A stretch of 64,000 nucleotides of DNA from Prolixibacteraceae bacterium (GCA_019459485.1 JAIBEZ010000017.1:1498-65497); one strand, 5' to 3'; numbered from the stretch's first letter, positions 45,632 to 55,029 are shown. The notes: a model not told the origin generated them from the letters alone. Made by a program: numbers and translations.

Positions 45632-46543
45632 ATGACAATCAACAGAAGAAATTTTCTGGGAACGGCTGTTTCCGGTGCTGCATTGGCTGCATCGGGCGGC
45701 CTTTTCTCTTCTTTCAGGAGCGAATCGGAATCTCAGGCTGGTAAAAAGAATTCCACAAAATTGAAAATATCGTGTCAGGAAGGTGTTGCCCCAGGCAAGT
45801 CGCTGGCCGAAAAACTCGATTTTATGGAATCTCTCGATATTGTCGGGCTTGAGATTTGGGGTGGAGGCCTTGAAAAAAGAGTAAGTGAAATTCAACAGGC
45901 TTTGCAGAACCGCAACATGAAAGTGAGTGCGATTTGTGCAGGCTTTGATGGCTGGCTCATTGCCGATGATCCTTCTATTCAGAAAAAATGCATGGATTCG
46001 TTGAAGGTGATCATTGGTGCGGCTGGCGAACTGGGTTCTACCGGTGTCATATTTGTTCCGGCATTCAACAACCAGAAATCGCTGCCAGACAAAGAAGCAC
46101 GCGAACTTTTGATTGGCCAGATGAAAGAACTGGGCGATTATGCACTTCAACGCAATACCAGAATATTACTCGAGCCTTTGAACCGTGAAGAGTGCTATTT
46201 CTGCCGTCAGGTGGCTGATGGCGCAGCCATCGTTCGTGATGTCAATTCTGCAGGTGCCGCCGTGATGGGCGATTTTTGGCACATGACCTGGGAAGAAACC
46301 AATGACCGTGCGGCTTTTCTTGCAGCAGGCGATTATTTGCGGCATGTGCACATTGCCAGTCGCAAAAGACGCAAAATGCCCGGAGAAGACGGCGAAGCAG
46401 ATAATTACATCAACGGTTTCCGCGGACTGAAGGAAATCAATTATCAGGATTATGTGAGCTTTGAATGTGGTTCGGTGGGAGACGCGAAAGATACTTTGCC
46501 AGCCGCAGTAAAACTGATGCGCGAACAATGGAAGAAAGCGTGA
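45632..46543 (+). CDS. Tat-exported xylose-isomerase-like TIM-barrel protein (sugar isomerase/epimerase/lyase)
   Basis: NRRNFL Tat motif; metal ligands in LEPLNR, GDFWHM, HVHIAS, SFEC. Confidence 0.88.
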   Translation: MTINRRNFLGTAVSGAALAASGGLFSSFRSESESQAGKKNSTKLKISCQEGVAPGKSLAEKLDFMESLDIVGLEIWGGGLEKRVSEIQQALQNRNMKVSAICAGFDGWLIADDPSIQKKCMDSLKVIIGAAGELGSTGVIFVPAFNNQKSLPDKEARELLIGQMKELGDYALQRNTRILLEPLNREECYFCRQVADGAAIVRDVNSAGAAVMGDFWHMTWEETNDRAAFLAAGDYLRHVHIASRKRRKMPGEDGEADNYINGFRGLKEINYQDYVSFECGSVGDAKDTLPAAVKLMREQWKKA

Positions 46544-46604
46544 AAGGAAAGTGTTCAGTGGTCAGTCGCAGTTTTTAGTATTCAATTAAGGGCTGTATAG
46601 AATT

Positions 46605-46644
46605 TAAAACCCCCGGTTTCGAATGAAGCCGGGGGTTTTATTTT
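46605..46644. terminator. Intrinsic terminator
   Basis: TAAAACCCCCGGTTTC / GAAGCCGGGGGTTTTA plus T run. Confidence 0.8.
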
Positions 46645-46715
46645 GGTTTGAATTGATTTCAAATGGAATTTATGATATGAAAAAGAAAAACGAACAATAA
46701 AGAAATTGATATTTT

Positions 46716-47039
46716 TTATGCTTTTATAGTTCCTTTATACAATTGGCTGACAGGGAAGATTAAATCCCAATTTTCGCCCCAGACAAGATTTCCTGCTTCA
46801 ATTTTAAATTGTTTAAAAAGTTCGATCTCCTTGTATTTGTTGTGTTGTGGGTGTGGCCGTTTTTCAAGAAAATTGCCAAAATCAACGGTTTTAACGGAAT
46901 GGTCATTAAACTCGATTTCAATTTTATATCCATCAATATAACGAGCTTTTTCAACCTGAATTGGTTTCAGACCTATCTGATCTTCCGGGTTATTTTTTCG
47001 TTTTTTGGTTCTATTTTTAGTAGATAAAATTGCGTCCAT
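46716..47039 (-). CDS. DUF2442 family protein (putative antitoxin); start uncertain
   Basis: ARYIDGYKIEIEFND..VDF..FKQFKIEAGNLVW; homologous region seems to begin at CTG 46970. Confidence 0.75.
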   Translation of the reverse strand: MDAILSTKNRTKKRKNNPEDQIGLKPIQVEKARYIDGYKIEIEFNDHSVKTVDFGNFLEKRPHPQHNKYKEIELFKQFKIEAGNLVWGENWDLIFPVSQLYKGTIKA

Positions 47040-47278
47040 TTTTCAACGATTTTAAGATAATAAGCAAAAACAAATTTTTCAATATCCTTTCGGTAGGACG
47101 GAGGTATAGGTTTTGATCCAGTTGATCGCTTGAATTTAATGTTTACAAGCTTTCCTTCCGAAATTTCGAGTTCAATAACCGATTCGTATTCTCCATAACG
47201 CGCATGAACGTGTAAAGGTTTGTGGTCGTTGGAATAAAAGAAGAATATGAATCCTAAGTATTCAAAAATTTTTGGCAT
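46973..47278 (-). CDS. DUF4160 family protein (putative toxin)
   Basis: MPKIFEYLGFIFFFYSNDHKPLHVH; paired with DUF2442. Confidence 0.8.
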   Translation of the reverse strand: MPKIFEYLGFIFFFYSNDHKPLHVHARYGEYESVIELEISEGKLVNIKFKRSTGSKPIPPSYRKDIEKFVFAYYLKIVEKWTQFYLLKIEPKNEKITRKIR

Positions 47279-47345
47279 CTCATAGATTGGCTTTTGATGA
47301 AACAAATCTAGTCATTTTTTGAAGGATTTTTTGTTAGCTATTCTC

Positions 47346-50123
47346 CTATTCAACCTTGTAATTCACTACGCTTCCATCTTCGTTTCCAACCAGAAGATTG
47401 AAATAGGAACTTAAATCGTTAAATTTACCAAGCACGAATGCGGTGTTTCCGGCTTGTGGAAATCCATGGGTGACCGATCCGTTTGAATTGAGCAGGTAGA
47501 TTTTGTTATCGCTACCGGTTATTATGCCTATTTTAAAGATGCCTGGGCCATAAGAGCAAACGAATGGAGTTTCGCTGATGGCATCGGGGAAAGCCCGTTC
47601 GAATAGTTTTTTCCCATCGGCAGCAAATACGGTCAGCTTTTTGTCTTCAGCGAAGAGATATTCAACCGAACCGTTTCCGTCAATGTCTTCAGCAGCAAAG
47701 CGGTGACTTGCACCAAATTTGCCAACTTCCTTTATATCAGTTTGTCCGGTGAAATCCTGAATGTGGATTTTCCCCGTTTGATCGGTAGAAATCAACCTGG
47801 GATTTCCGTCGTTAACAAAAGTCATTTGGTTTGAAGAACGATCGAACGGAGCTGGCTGAACTTCGCGTTTTTTCCCCTGCCAGTCGAGGAAATAGGTGTT
47901 TTTCTGATCTGAAAAAACGATGTGGGTTTTTCCATCGATAAAGTGATGACTGACCGGTTTGGTAACTAAACTTTCTGATCCTTCAAAATTCCACTTTGGA
48001 ATTAGCTTCCCGTCACGATCGTATGCATATACTTTTTTGTCTTCGCCGGCTACGAAAAAGCGGTATTCCCTGTTTTTCCCAAATTGCGACACCGACACAC
48101 CGTTTGAAGCCATTGCTTTTAAGTAAACCGGGTATTTTCCCACTTTGCTTCCCGTGCGGTCAACCACATACAATTGGGATTTTGTATTGAAAAGGTACTG
48201 AAACCTTTTGGTCTGGTATATGTCAATCAAATGGATGTCGGAAATAACCGGTTCGGGCAGGTTCAACTTCCAAAGAATGACACCTTCTTTGTTGATCAGG
48301 TAGATGTTGTTCAGTTTATCGGTCACAATCATTTCTTTGTTGGCCAAATCCTTATGATTCAGAACAAGTGTTGGCTTTTGTGCCAGCGGGGCATCAAGTT
48401 TTAATTGCCAGATGGCTTCGGGTTCTTCTTTAATATTCGGATCGTATTTCAGGTTCATTTTGTTTTCGATCATATTGCCTGAAACCGAAAATTGCCAGGA
48501 AAAAGTACTGAATTTGCGAAATACTTCTTCGTTTGCCGACAGTTTTGCACTTAGATCAGCTTTTAGCAACCCATCTTTCAGCCTGAATACTTTGGGGATT
48601 TTGGCATAAAGATAGAAGTTGGATTTTGGCTGGTTATTTTTTGCATAAACCTTGTAAATAGAGTCGTTTGCAAGGGTTTTTTCTGAAGCAAGACTTTGCA
48701 GATAGCTTTTCATTCCGGGGAGGTTGTCGCCCCAAATAAGGTATTTTCGGTACAAAGCAAAGTAATTGCCATTGATGCCTGAGAATGCACGTCCAAAAAG
48801 CGATTCGGCCATGTTGCTGATTGGCAGACGATAAATATCGAACGAATTTTTCTTGTCTATGCTGTATTTTGTGTGTAGCTGGCCGGCATCTTCTTTTGTC
48901 GTGCGGTTAAATTCCGCAACGGCTTTGCCAATCTTTTCCTTAACATCGGCTTCGTCAATTATTTCAGCAACAAAAAAGCGGTTTTGTTCGGGATTCGATT
49001 TGTTGATAGTGGTATAAACACCTGCGAACTGAGTTCCACCAACCTCTTTGAACAGGCGGATTGCATCAGTTTTTGTTTTCTTCTGAAACTCCATCAGGCT
49101 CATTTCGCGTGGATAATAATTACCGTTTGCCTTGATGTAGGATTCATATTTGTCCAGATAGCTGGTGGTATTTTTCAGGTTTAGGGCGACAAAGTAGGTC
49201 GCGTTTGCCGGAATGACTTTTTCGATGGTCATTTTCTGTGCTTCCTGATTGCGGAAAATGTTGAGATAATGATCACTCGAATCTTTGGTATAGCTAAACC
49301 CGTTTAATTCCAACTCCGAAGGTTTCAGCACCAGATCAAGTTCCGACCAGTTTGAATATGCTTCGAGCTGACCGATTGTTTTACGGATTTCAGGAGTAAC
49401 AAAATTGGCAAGTAGCTGATGGATAGTAAGGTGATTGATGAAAATGTTTACAAATGCATTCTCTTCGATGGTTTTGTAAAGTTCGGTAAATTCGAAATTG
49501 TTGAGCAGGTTTTGTGAATTGGTTTGCCTGATGGCTTGTTCGAGGAGGATAAAGTCTTCGCTCACCATAAAAACATCGTTGGCACAGGCGAAGAAAAAAC
49601 TGAGTTCAGCCGATCTGGCATTAAAAACGGTAGTGTTCTCGTAATTTTTCCGGGTAATGGTATATTGCGATCCCAAATCCGACGAAACAGTTTCTGTCGC
49701 TGAATTCGATTCATTCTGGTCGTTCATCTGCACCAGATAAAGGCTTGTGAGTTGGTTCTTGCCTGTCGGATTGATCGAAATGATGATCGATTTCCCTTTT
49801 AGCAGACTACCGATTCCTGAATGATCATTGACAAAATCGTTAAACCGGCCGATTTTTGAAAACAGCTCATTAACTTCCCTGACACCTTTTAATTCAGCAA
49901 TAATTGGCTGATTACTTTTGAGTTCCCTATAAAATCCCTCCGTATTTTTTACCTCGATAATCAAAGGGCATTTCTGCGGAATAGCCTTGTAAGCAGGGTT
50001 TTGCTTGGTCGAGAAAGTCTGTAAGATGGGTTGATCGGATTCTGTTGGAAAATATTTGATGCCCAGTATAACTGCGGCAATAACCAAAATAACTATTCCT
50101 GAAATGACAATAACTTTTCGCAT
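47346..50123 (-). CDS. Large membrane-anchored DUF3352-like protein with C-terminal beta-propeller-like repeats
   Basis: N-terminal TM; C-terminal repeats such as IYLINKEGVILW, VYAYDRDGKLIPKW, DIDGNG. Confidence 0.65.
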   Translation of the reverse strand: MRKVIVISGIVILVIAAVILGIKYFPTESDQPILQTFSTKQNPAYKAIPQKCPLIIEVKNTEGFYRELKSNQPIIAELKGVREVNELFSKIGRFNDFVNDHSGIGSLLKGKSIIISINPTGKNQLTSLYLVQMNDQNESNSATETVSSDLGSQYTITRKNYENTTVFNARSAELSFFFACANDVFMVSEDFILLEQAIRQTNSQNLLNNFEFTELYKTIEENAFVNIFINHLTIHQLLANFVTPEIRKTIGQLEAYSNWSELDLVLKPSELELNGFSYTKDSSDHYLNIFRNQEAQKMTIEKVIPANATYFVALNLKNTTSYLDKYESYIKANGNYYPREMSLMEFQKKTKTDAIRLFKEVGGTQFAGVYTTINKSNPEQNRFFVAEIIDEADVKEKIGKAVAEFNRTTKEDAGQLHTKYSIDKKNSFDIYRLPISNMAESLFGRAFSGINGNYFALYRKYLIWGDNLPGMKSYLQSLASEKTLANDSIYKVYAKNNQPKSNFYLYAKIPKVFRLKDGLLKADLSAKLSANEEVFRKFSTFSWQFSVSGNMIENKMNLKYDPNIKEEPEAIWQLKLDAPLAQKPTLVLNHKDLANKEMIVTDKLNNIYLINKEGVILWKLNLPEPVISDIHLIDIYQTKRFQYLFNTKSQLYVVDRTGSKVGKYPVYLKAMASNGVSVSQFGKNREYRFFVAGEDKKVYAYDRDGKLIPKWNFEGSESLVTKPVSHHFIDGKTHIVFSDQKNTYFLDWQGKKREVQPAPFDRSSNQMTFVNDGNPRLISTDQTGKIHIQDFTGQTDIKEVGKFGASHRFAAEDIDGNGSVEYLFAEDKKLTVFAADGKKLFERAFPDAISETPFVCSYGPGIFKIGIITGSDNKIYLLNSNGSVTHGFPQAGNTAFVLGKFNDLSSYFNLLVGNEDGSVVNYKVE

Positions 50124-50198
50124 AGAAGGTAAAAATTTGCTCAAAAATAAGAAGTTTGGTTGTCTCTTTTGGTTTTCATTCGCCGAAAGAAAACTTTA

Positions 50199-50543
50199 TC
50201 AGGCGTTTAACAGATCCTGCTGACTCATTAATACATCTTTAATGATTGCATTGATCGATCGACCAGTCATTTGTGCTTTCAGTGCCAATTTACTGTGTAT
50301 CTCAGATGGAATTCTGATATTAAGTGATCCACTGTATGGTTTTTGAGGTTTTTCACCCCGATCAATGCAACTTTCGAGGTATAAGTCTATCCCAGTCTCA
50401 AAATCAGCTTTCAATTCCTCCACAGTTTTGCCCTCATAAGTAATAAGGTTTTTATTCATACCGATTACCTTACCGAACAGGCAGTTGTCCTCTTCGCTGT
50501 ACTCTACAGTTCCTGAATAACCTTTATGTTTTAATGTTCCCAT
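50199..50543 (-). CDS. hicB: HicB family antitoxin
   Basis: YSGTVEYSEED..LFGKVIG..YEGKTVEEL..KPYSGSLNIRIPSEIH. Confidence 0.92.
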   Translation of the reverse strand: MGTLKHKGYSGTVEYSEEDNCLFGKVIGMNKNLITYEGKTVEELKADFETGIDLYLESCIDRGEKPQKPYSGSLNIRIPSEIHSKLALKAQMTGRSINAIIKDVLMSQQDLLNA

Positions 50544-50551
50544 AATGTGAT

Positions 50552-50810
50552 CTATATTAATTTGTTTGATGTTTGGAATTCCAAAACCTGTTTCATTACA
50601 TAGCTTTTGATTGCGCTGTCGGGGTGCGGTTTATGAGCACCGTAGGAGAGTTCCTTTTCAATATTGACAAACTCGACACGTGAACCCGGATGTTTTCCCT
50701 TTTTGACTGGCTTCAAACCCAAGAATCCGAAATAAACGTATTAGCTCTTCAAAAGAAAAATCTTTGGGTTGCCTTTTAAATCTTTCGATCAGTTTCTCCT
50801 TTGTTCCCAT
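50552..50810 (-). pseudogene. hicA: HicA toxin interrupted by a 1-nt insertion
   Basis: MGTKEKLIERFKRQPKDF...KGKTSG then stop after 50 aa; deleting one G of GGG (50685-50687) gives SRVEF..HKPHPDSAIKSYVMKQV..LI*, 85 aa. Confidence 0.85.
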
Positions 50811-50828
50811 TCAATAATGTTTGCGACA

Positions 50829-50852
50829 CAAATGTAACTACTATTAGTTACA
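50829..50852 (-). promoter_or_regulatory. hicAB promoter with overlapping palindromic operator
   Basis: TACATTTG (50829-50836, minus) overlapped by TGTAACTA-N4-TAGTTACA (50833-50852). Confidence 0.6.
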
Positions 50853-50888
50853 AATACTACTTGACTGACAATAAATATCGTTGGTAAC

Positions 50889-52145
50889 TTATTGTTGTTT
50901 AACTTGCGATGCCTCAACAATTTTATACAGCTTGTCCGATTTCCTGATTTTTACATCAACCGGTATGGAAATGTACGATCCTTTTGGCGCTTCCTCAACC
51001 GACTGTTTATCAAGCTGAATTTCAGAAACAATGGTTTTTACCAGGCCGGTTGTAGGTCCGGTAATATAAATTTCGTCGCCAACTTTTAACGGGCCGGTTT
51101 CGAGTTTGAATTCAGCCACTTTCAGTTTCGAAAAATAATTGATGCCTTTGCCCACATATACTTTCCGGTGGGTTGCCAGCGATCCGTAATTCTTGCTCCA
51201 TTCGCCCAGCCTTTGACCGAGATAATAACCGTCCCAGAAACCGCGGTTAAAAACAGAAGCCAGACGCTCATCCCAGTCTGCTATCTTTTCATCAGTAAAT
51301 TCCTGATCGAAATAAGCATTAACAGCTTCGCGGTAACATTCAACAACGGTGTAAACATATTCCGGAGACCGTGCCCGTCCTTCAATTTTCAGCACCGATA
51401 CGCCTGCATCCAGCAACTTATCCAGAAATCCAATCGATTTGAGATCTTTGGGCGACATGATGTATTCGTTGTCGACTTCAAGTTCGGCACCGGTTTCCTT
51501 ATCGGTAACAATGTAAGCGCGGCGGCAGGTTTGCATACAACTTCCGCGGTTGGCCGACGAATTTGTTTCCTGCAAACTGAGGTAACATTTGCCCGAAACA
51601 GCCATACACAGCGCACCATGCACAAACATTTCGAGTTTTACCGGTTTCCCGGAAGGTCCTGTAATGTTTTGTTCTCTGATTTGTCTCGATATTTCTCCAA
51701 CCCGGTCAACATTCATTTCGCGGGCAAGCACTACCACATCAGCAAATTGCGCATAAAACCTGACTGCTTCGATGTTGGTAATATTTACCTGGGTCGAAAT
51801 ATGTACTTCAACGCCCACCTGGCGGGCATACATTATTGCTGAGATATCGGAAGCGATAATGGCCGAAACTCCGGCTTCTTTGGCTGCATCAATAATCCCG
51901 TGGAGTTGGTCGAGTTCGGTATCGAAAACTACCACATTTACAGTCAGGTAGGTTTTTACTCCTTTTGAATGGGCGGTTTCGGTAATATTTTTTAAATCAT
52001 CAATCGTAAAATTGTTCGATGAGCGGGCACGCATATTTAACTGATCGACACCAAAATAAACCGATCCTGCTCCTGACTGAATGGCTGCGATCAATGATTC
52101 GTACGAACCAACCGGAGCCATTATTTCAACATCTTCCCTTCTCAT
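50889..52145 (-). CDS. U32 peptidase family (TrhP/RlhA-like hydroxylation protein)
   Basis: EIMAPVGS, LNMRAR, HGALCMAVSGKC..CMQTCR, LKIEGR. Confidence 0.92.
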   Translation of the reverse strand: MRREDVEIMAPVGSYESLIAAIQSGAGSVYFGVDQLNMRARSSNNFTIDDLKNITETAHSKGVKTYLTVNVVVFDTELDQLHGIIDAAKEAGVSAIIASDISAIMYARQVGVEVHISTQVNITNIEAVRFYAQFADVVVLAREMNVDRVGEISRQIREQNITGPSGKPVKLEMFVHGALCMAVSGKCYLSLQETNSSANRGSCMQTCRRAYIVTDKETGAELEVDNEYIMSPKDLKSIGFLDKLLDAGVSVLKIEGRARSPEYVYTVVECYREAVNAYFDQEFTDEKIADWDERLASVFNRGFWDGYYLGQRLGEWSKNYGSLATHRKVYVGKGINYFSKLKVAEFKLETGPLKVGDEIYITGPTTGLVKTIVSEIQLDKQSVEEAPKGSYISIPVDVKIRKSDKLYKIVEASQVKQQ

Positions 52146-52240
52146 ATTTTCCTGAATTATTGAACTGCAAATTTAGTTTTTATTTCGGAGGGAATCAGGA
52201 GGCATTTTTAAGGTTGCGAATTTCGATCAGTGCTTTTTAT

Positions 52241-52274
52241 AAAAAAAATGCGGTTCCGTTTGGAAACCGCATTT
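52241..52274 (-). terminator. Intrinsic terminator
   Basis: AAATGCGGTT / AACCGCATTT stem with minus-strand U run. Confidence 0.7.
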
Positions 52275-52303
52275 ACTTAATTAAGAGGTGACTGGTGAAT
52301 TGA

Positions 52304-52903
52304 TTATTCCACATTTAAGTTGTATGTATAACTGTTACTGTCTGTTGAAAGTACTACTGAATATGCTCCTTTGTTCAGTTTTGAGAGGTCAAATCCTTCG
52401 GTTACATTGAATTTGTCGCCGATTTTTTTAGAATAAACCAAGTCGCTTTTGTCATAGAAATTCAAACTAAGGTTTTCTTCTGAAAAATTCAGGTACGAAA
52501 GCTTCAGTACGCCTTCTTTGTATGCAAAGAATGGTTCCATGATGCTTTTTTCCTTACCTACCGCGATGTTCTTGTTTTCAATTTTGAACAAACGTTCTGT
52601 TGTAGATCCATCAACTGATACAGCCAATTTGTAATCTCCTTTTTCGAGGTTCGAGAAATCGAATACTTTGCGGTAATCGTTGCTTCCAGCTGCTGTTTCT
52701 TTGTAATAAACAGTTTCGCCTTTTTCGTTTGCGATGCTGATCCTAAAATTGGCAGCTGAAGAGTTTGAAATTGCTACAACTGCTTTTTCGGAAGTGAGTG
52801 GCACGATGTTAACTTTTAAGTTTCCTGATGCCATTAATGTGTTTGCAAATGCTACAAATGCGAACAACATTGCTAATTTTGAAATTGTTTTAATTGTTTT
52901 CAT
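52304..52903 (-). CDS. Secreted protein with two Ig-like (DUF3244-like) repeats
   Basis: Signal peptide; repeated FDFSNLEKGDYKL and FDLSKLNKGAYSV. Confidence 0.6.
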   Translation of the reverse strand: MKTIKTISKLAMLFAFVAFANTLMASGNLKVNIVPLTSEKAVVAISNSSAANFRISIANEKGETVYYKETAAGSNDYRKVFDFSNLEKGDYKLAVSVDGSTTERLFKIENKNIAVGKEKSIMEPFFAYKEGVLKLSYLNFSEENLSLNFYDKSDLVYSKKIGDKFNVTEGFDLSKLNKGAYSVVLSTDSNSYTYNLNVE

Positions 52904-53094
52904 GTTTTCTTTGTTTTAAATACAATGCAAACATACATGTTGTGCAGCAGATATGCTGAAAAACATACGTTAAAGATGTATTATCCTTTCGTTAACGGAC
53001 ACGGGCAACATTAAAACAATGTAAACACATTCTGTAAATATTTATAGTACAGATGTTTACTGAATGATAATAATGCATTAACAAATCTATTTTC

Positions 53095-53790
53095 ATGGAT
53101 ATAGAAATACTTCAATTGCTCGAAGGAGCCAAAAAAGCCAAAGGTTTAACGGTGATCATCGATGTTTTCAGGGCTTTTTCGACGGCTTGCTATGCCGTCG
53201 GTAATGGAGTTCAGCGAATTTATCCGGTTGGCGACCTCGAAATTGCCTATAAAATGAAAGAACAGCATCCTGAATTCATATTGGTTGGCGAACGGAATGA
53301 GCAAAAACCCGAAGGTTTCGACTTCGGAAATTCTCCTTCTCAACTGCTGGTAGCCAATCTGGCAGGTAAAACCATGGTGCATACTACAAGTTCAGGAACG
53401 CAGGGAATTGCCAATGCAACTGGCGCAAACGAAATAATAACCGGTAGTTTTGTGAATGCCGGAGCAATCGTTGATTATATCAGGAAACAGAATCCAGCCA
53501 AAGTTTCATTGGTTTGCATGGGTTACAGTTGCCAGTACCCGACCGATGAGGATACTCTTTTGGCTGTTTATATAAGGAATGAACTCGAAGGAGTTCCCAA
53601 TGATTTTCAGGCAATGGTTGAGCAATTGAGAAGTGGTGATGGCGCCCGTTTTTTTTCTCCGGAGAAACAGGAATGGGCTCCTGCTGCCGATTTCGATTTG
53701 TGCCTTTCACTGAACCGTTTCGATTTTGTGCTGAAAGTAGAAAAAGACAAGGGAATGAATTATTTGAAGAAAATTGATATAAACACATAG
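53095..53790 (+). CDS. comB: 2-phosphosulfolactate phosphatase (ComB) family
   Basis: VIIDVFRAFST, GER..GFDFGNSP, TTSSGT, EDTLLA. Confidence 0.88.
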   Translation: MDIEILQLLEGAKKAKGLTVIIDVFRAFSTACYAVGNGVQRIYPVGDLEIAYKMKEQHPEFILVGERNEQKPEGFDFGNSPSQLLVANLAGKTMVHTTSSGTQGIANATGANEIITGSFVNAGAIVDYIRKQNPAKVSLVCMGYSCQYPTDEDTLLAVYIRNELEGVPNDFQAMVEQLRSGDGARFFSPEKQEWAPAADFDLCLSLNRFDFVLKVEKDKGMNYLKKIDINT

Positions 53791-53841
53791 GCACATAGGG
53801 CACATAGGTGAAATTTTCTATGTGAACTATGTGCCTATGTG
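53784..53841. repeat. Mirror-symmetric CACATAG x3 / CTATGTG x3 array
   Basis: CACATAG at 53784, 53792, 53801; CTATGTG at 53818, 53827, 53835. Confidence 0.85.
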
Positions 53842-53856
53842 GTTAATACAAAAAAG

Positions 53857-55026
53857 ATGAAAACATACAACTTTGATGAGCTGATTGACCGCACCAATAC
53901 CAATTGCATTAAATACGACGCACGAAAAATGTTCTTCGGGAACGAAGACTTATTGCCGCTTTGGGTGGCCGACATGGATTTCCGCACTCCCGATTTTATT
54001 GTTGAGGCAATAAAAAAGCGGGCTGAACACGAAGTTTTCGGATATACTTTTCGTGGTGAATCATACAATCAATCGATCGTCAATTGGCTGAAGCGCCGTC
54101 ATAACTGGGAAATTAAACCCGAATGGATATCGTTCAGCCCCGGAGTTGTTGCAGGTTTCACAATGGCGATCGAAGCCTTTTCGAATCCCGGCGATGGTAT
54201 AATTGTTCAGCCTCCGGTGTATTTCCCGTTTTTTGATTCGGTAAAAGGATCTGGTCGCGAAATGATTGAGAATCCGTTGCGTGTTGAGAATGGCCGTTAT
54301 CATTTCGATCTTGAAGATCTGAAAAGTAAAATCACACCTGAAACAAAACTGCTTTTGCTATGTAATCCGCAGAATCCCGGGGGAATGGCATGGACAGAAA
54401 AGGAACTTACCGATTTGGCTCAGATTTGCCTGGAAAACAAAATACTGATTATTTCAGACGAAATACACTCCGATCTGATTTTCGATGGTTACAGGCACAT
54501 TCCTCTGGCTGGAATTTCAGAGGAAATTGCCCAGAACTGCGTGGTATGCATGGCTCCCAGCAAAACATTCAACACTGCAGGATTGACAACTTCGTTTCTG
54601 GTTATTCCGAATAAAAGGCATTTGGTCGCCTATGAACGGGTAATGAGACTTCCTCATTTGCACATGGGAAACATTTTCGGATCAGCAGCACTAGAAGCTG
54701 CCTACACGCTTGGTGACGAATGGCTTGCCCAGTTATTGAAATACCTTCAGGAGAATTATGCTTTTCTGGAGCGGTTTTTCAACGAAAATCTTCCTGAAAT
54801 AAAAGTGATGCGTCCCGAAGCTACTTATCTGATTTGGCTTGACTTTTCAGCGTTTTGCTTGACGGATGAAACAATCAATCAAAAACTGATTGATGGCGGA
54901 GTTGGTCTGAACCGCGGTGTTCAGTTCGGAAAGCAGGGAAGTGGTTTTATGCGCATTAACATCGGTTGTCCACGTTCGGTGCTGGAAGAAGCTTTGTTCA
55001 GGATACAAAAGGCTTTTCAGGAATAA
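53857..55026 (+). CDS. MalY/PatB family PLP-dependent cystathionine beta-lyase
   Basis: LWVADMDF, LCNPQNP, SDEIHSD, APSKTFN, RINIGCPRS; start at MKTYNFDE. Confidence 0.92.
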   Translation: MKTYNFDELIDRTNTNCIKYDARKMFFGNEDLLPLWVADMDFRTPDFIVEAIKKRAEHEVFGYTFRGESYNQSIVNWLKRRHNWEIKPEWISFSPGVVAGFTMAIEAFSNPGDGIIVQPPVYFPFFDSVKGSGREMIENPLRVENGRYHFDLEDLKSKITPETKLLLLCNPQNPGGMAWTEKELTDLAQICLENKILIISDEIHSDLIFDGYRHIPLAGISEEIAQNCVVCMAPSKTFNTAGLTTSFLVIPNKRHLVAYERVMRLPHLHMGNIFGSAALEAAYTLGDEWLAQLLKYLQENYAFLERFFNENLPEIKVMRPEATYLIWLDFSAFCLTDETINQKLIDGGVGLNRGVQFGKQGSGFMRINIGCPRSVLEEALFRIQKAFQE

Positions 55027-55029
55027 AGA

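Noticed and set aside
46550-46585. Weak AGT periodicity after the TIM-barrel gene
   Set aside because: Irregular spacing (7,7,6,7) and only three conserved bases.
53021-53060. Imperfect inverted repeat in the divergent promoter before comB
   Set aside because: Needs a 3-nt gap and is AT-rich; not enough to call an operator.
53095-53790. Coenzyme M biosynthesis suggested by comB
   Set aside because: No comA or other pathway genes nearby; orphan ComB-family phosphatases are widespread in bacteria.
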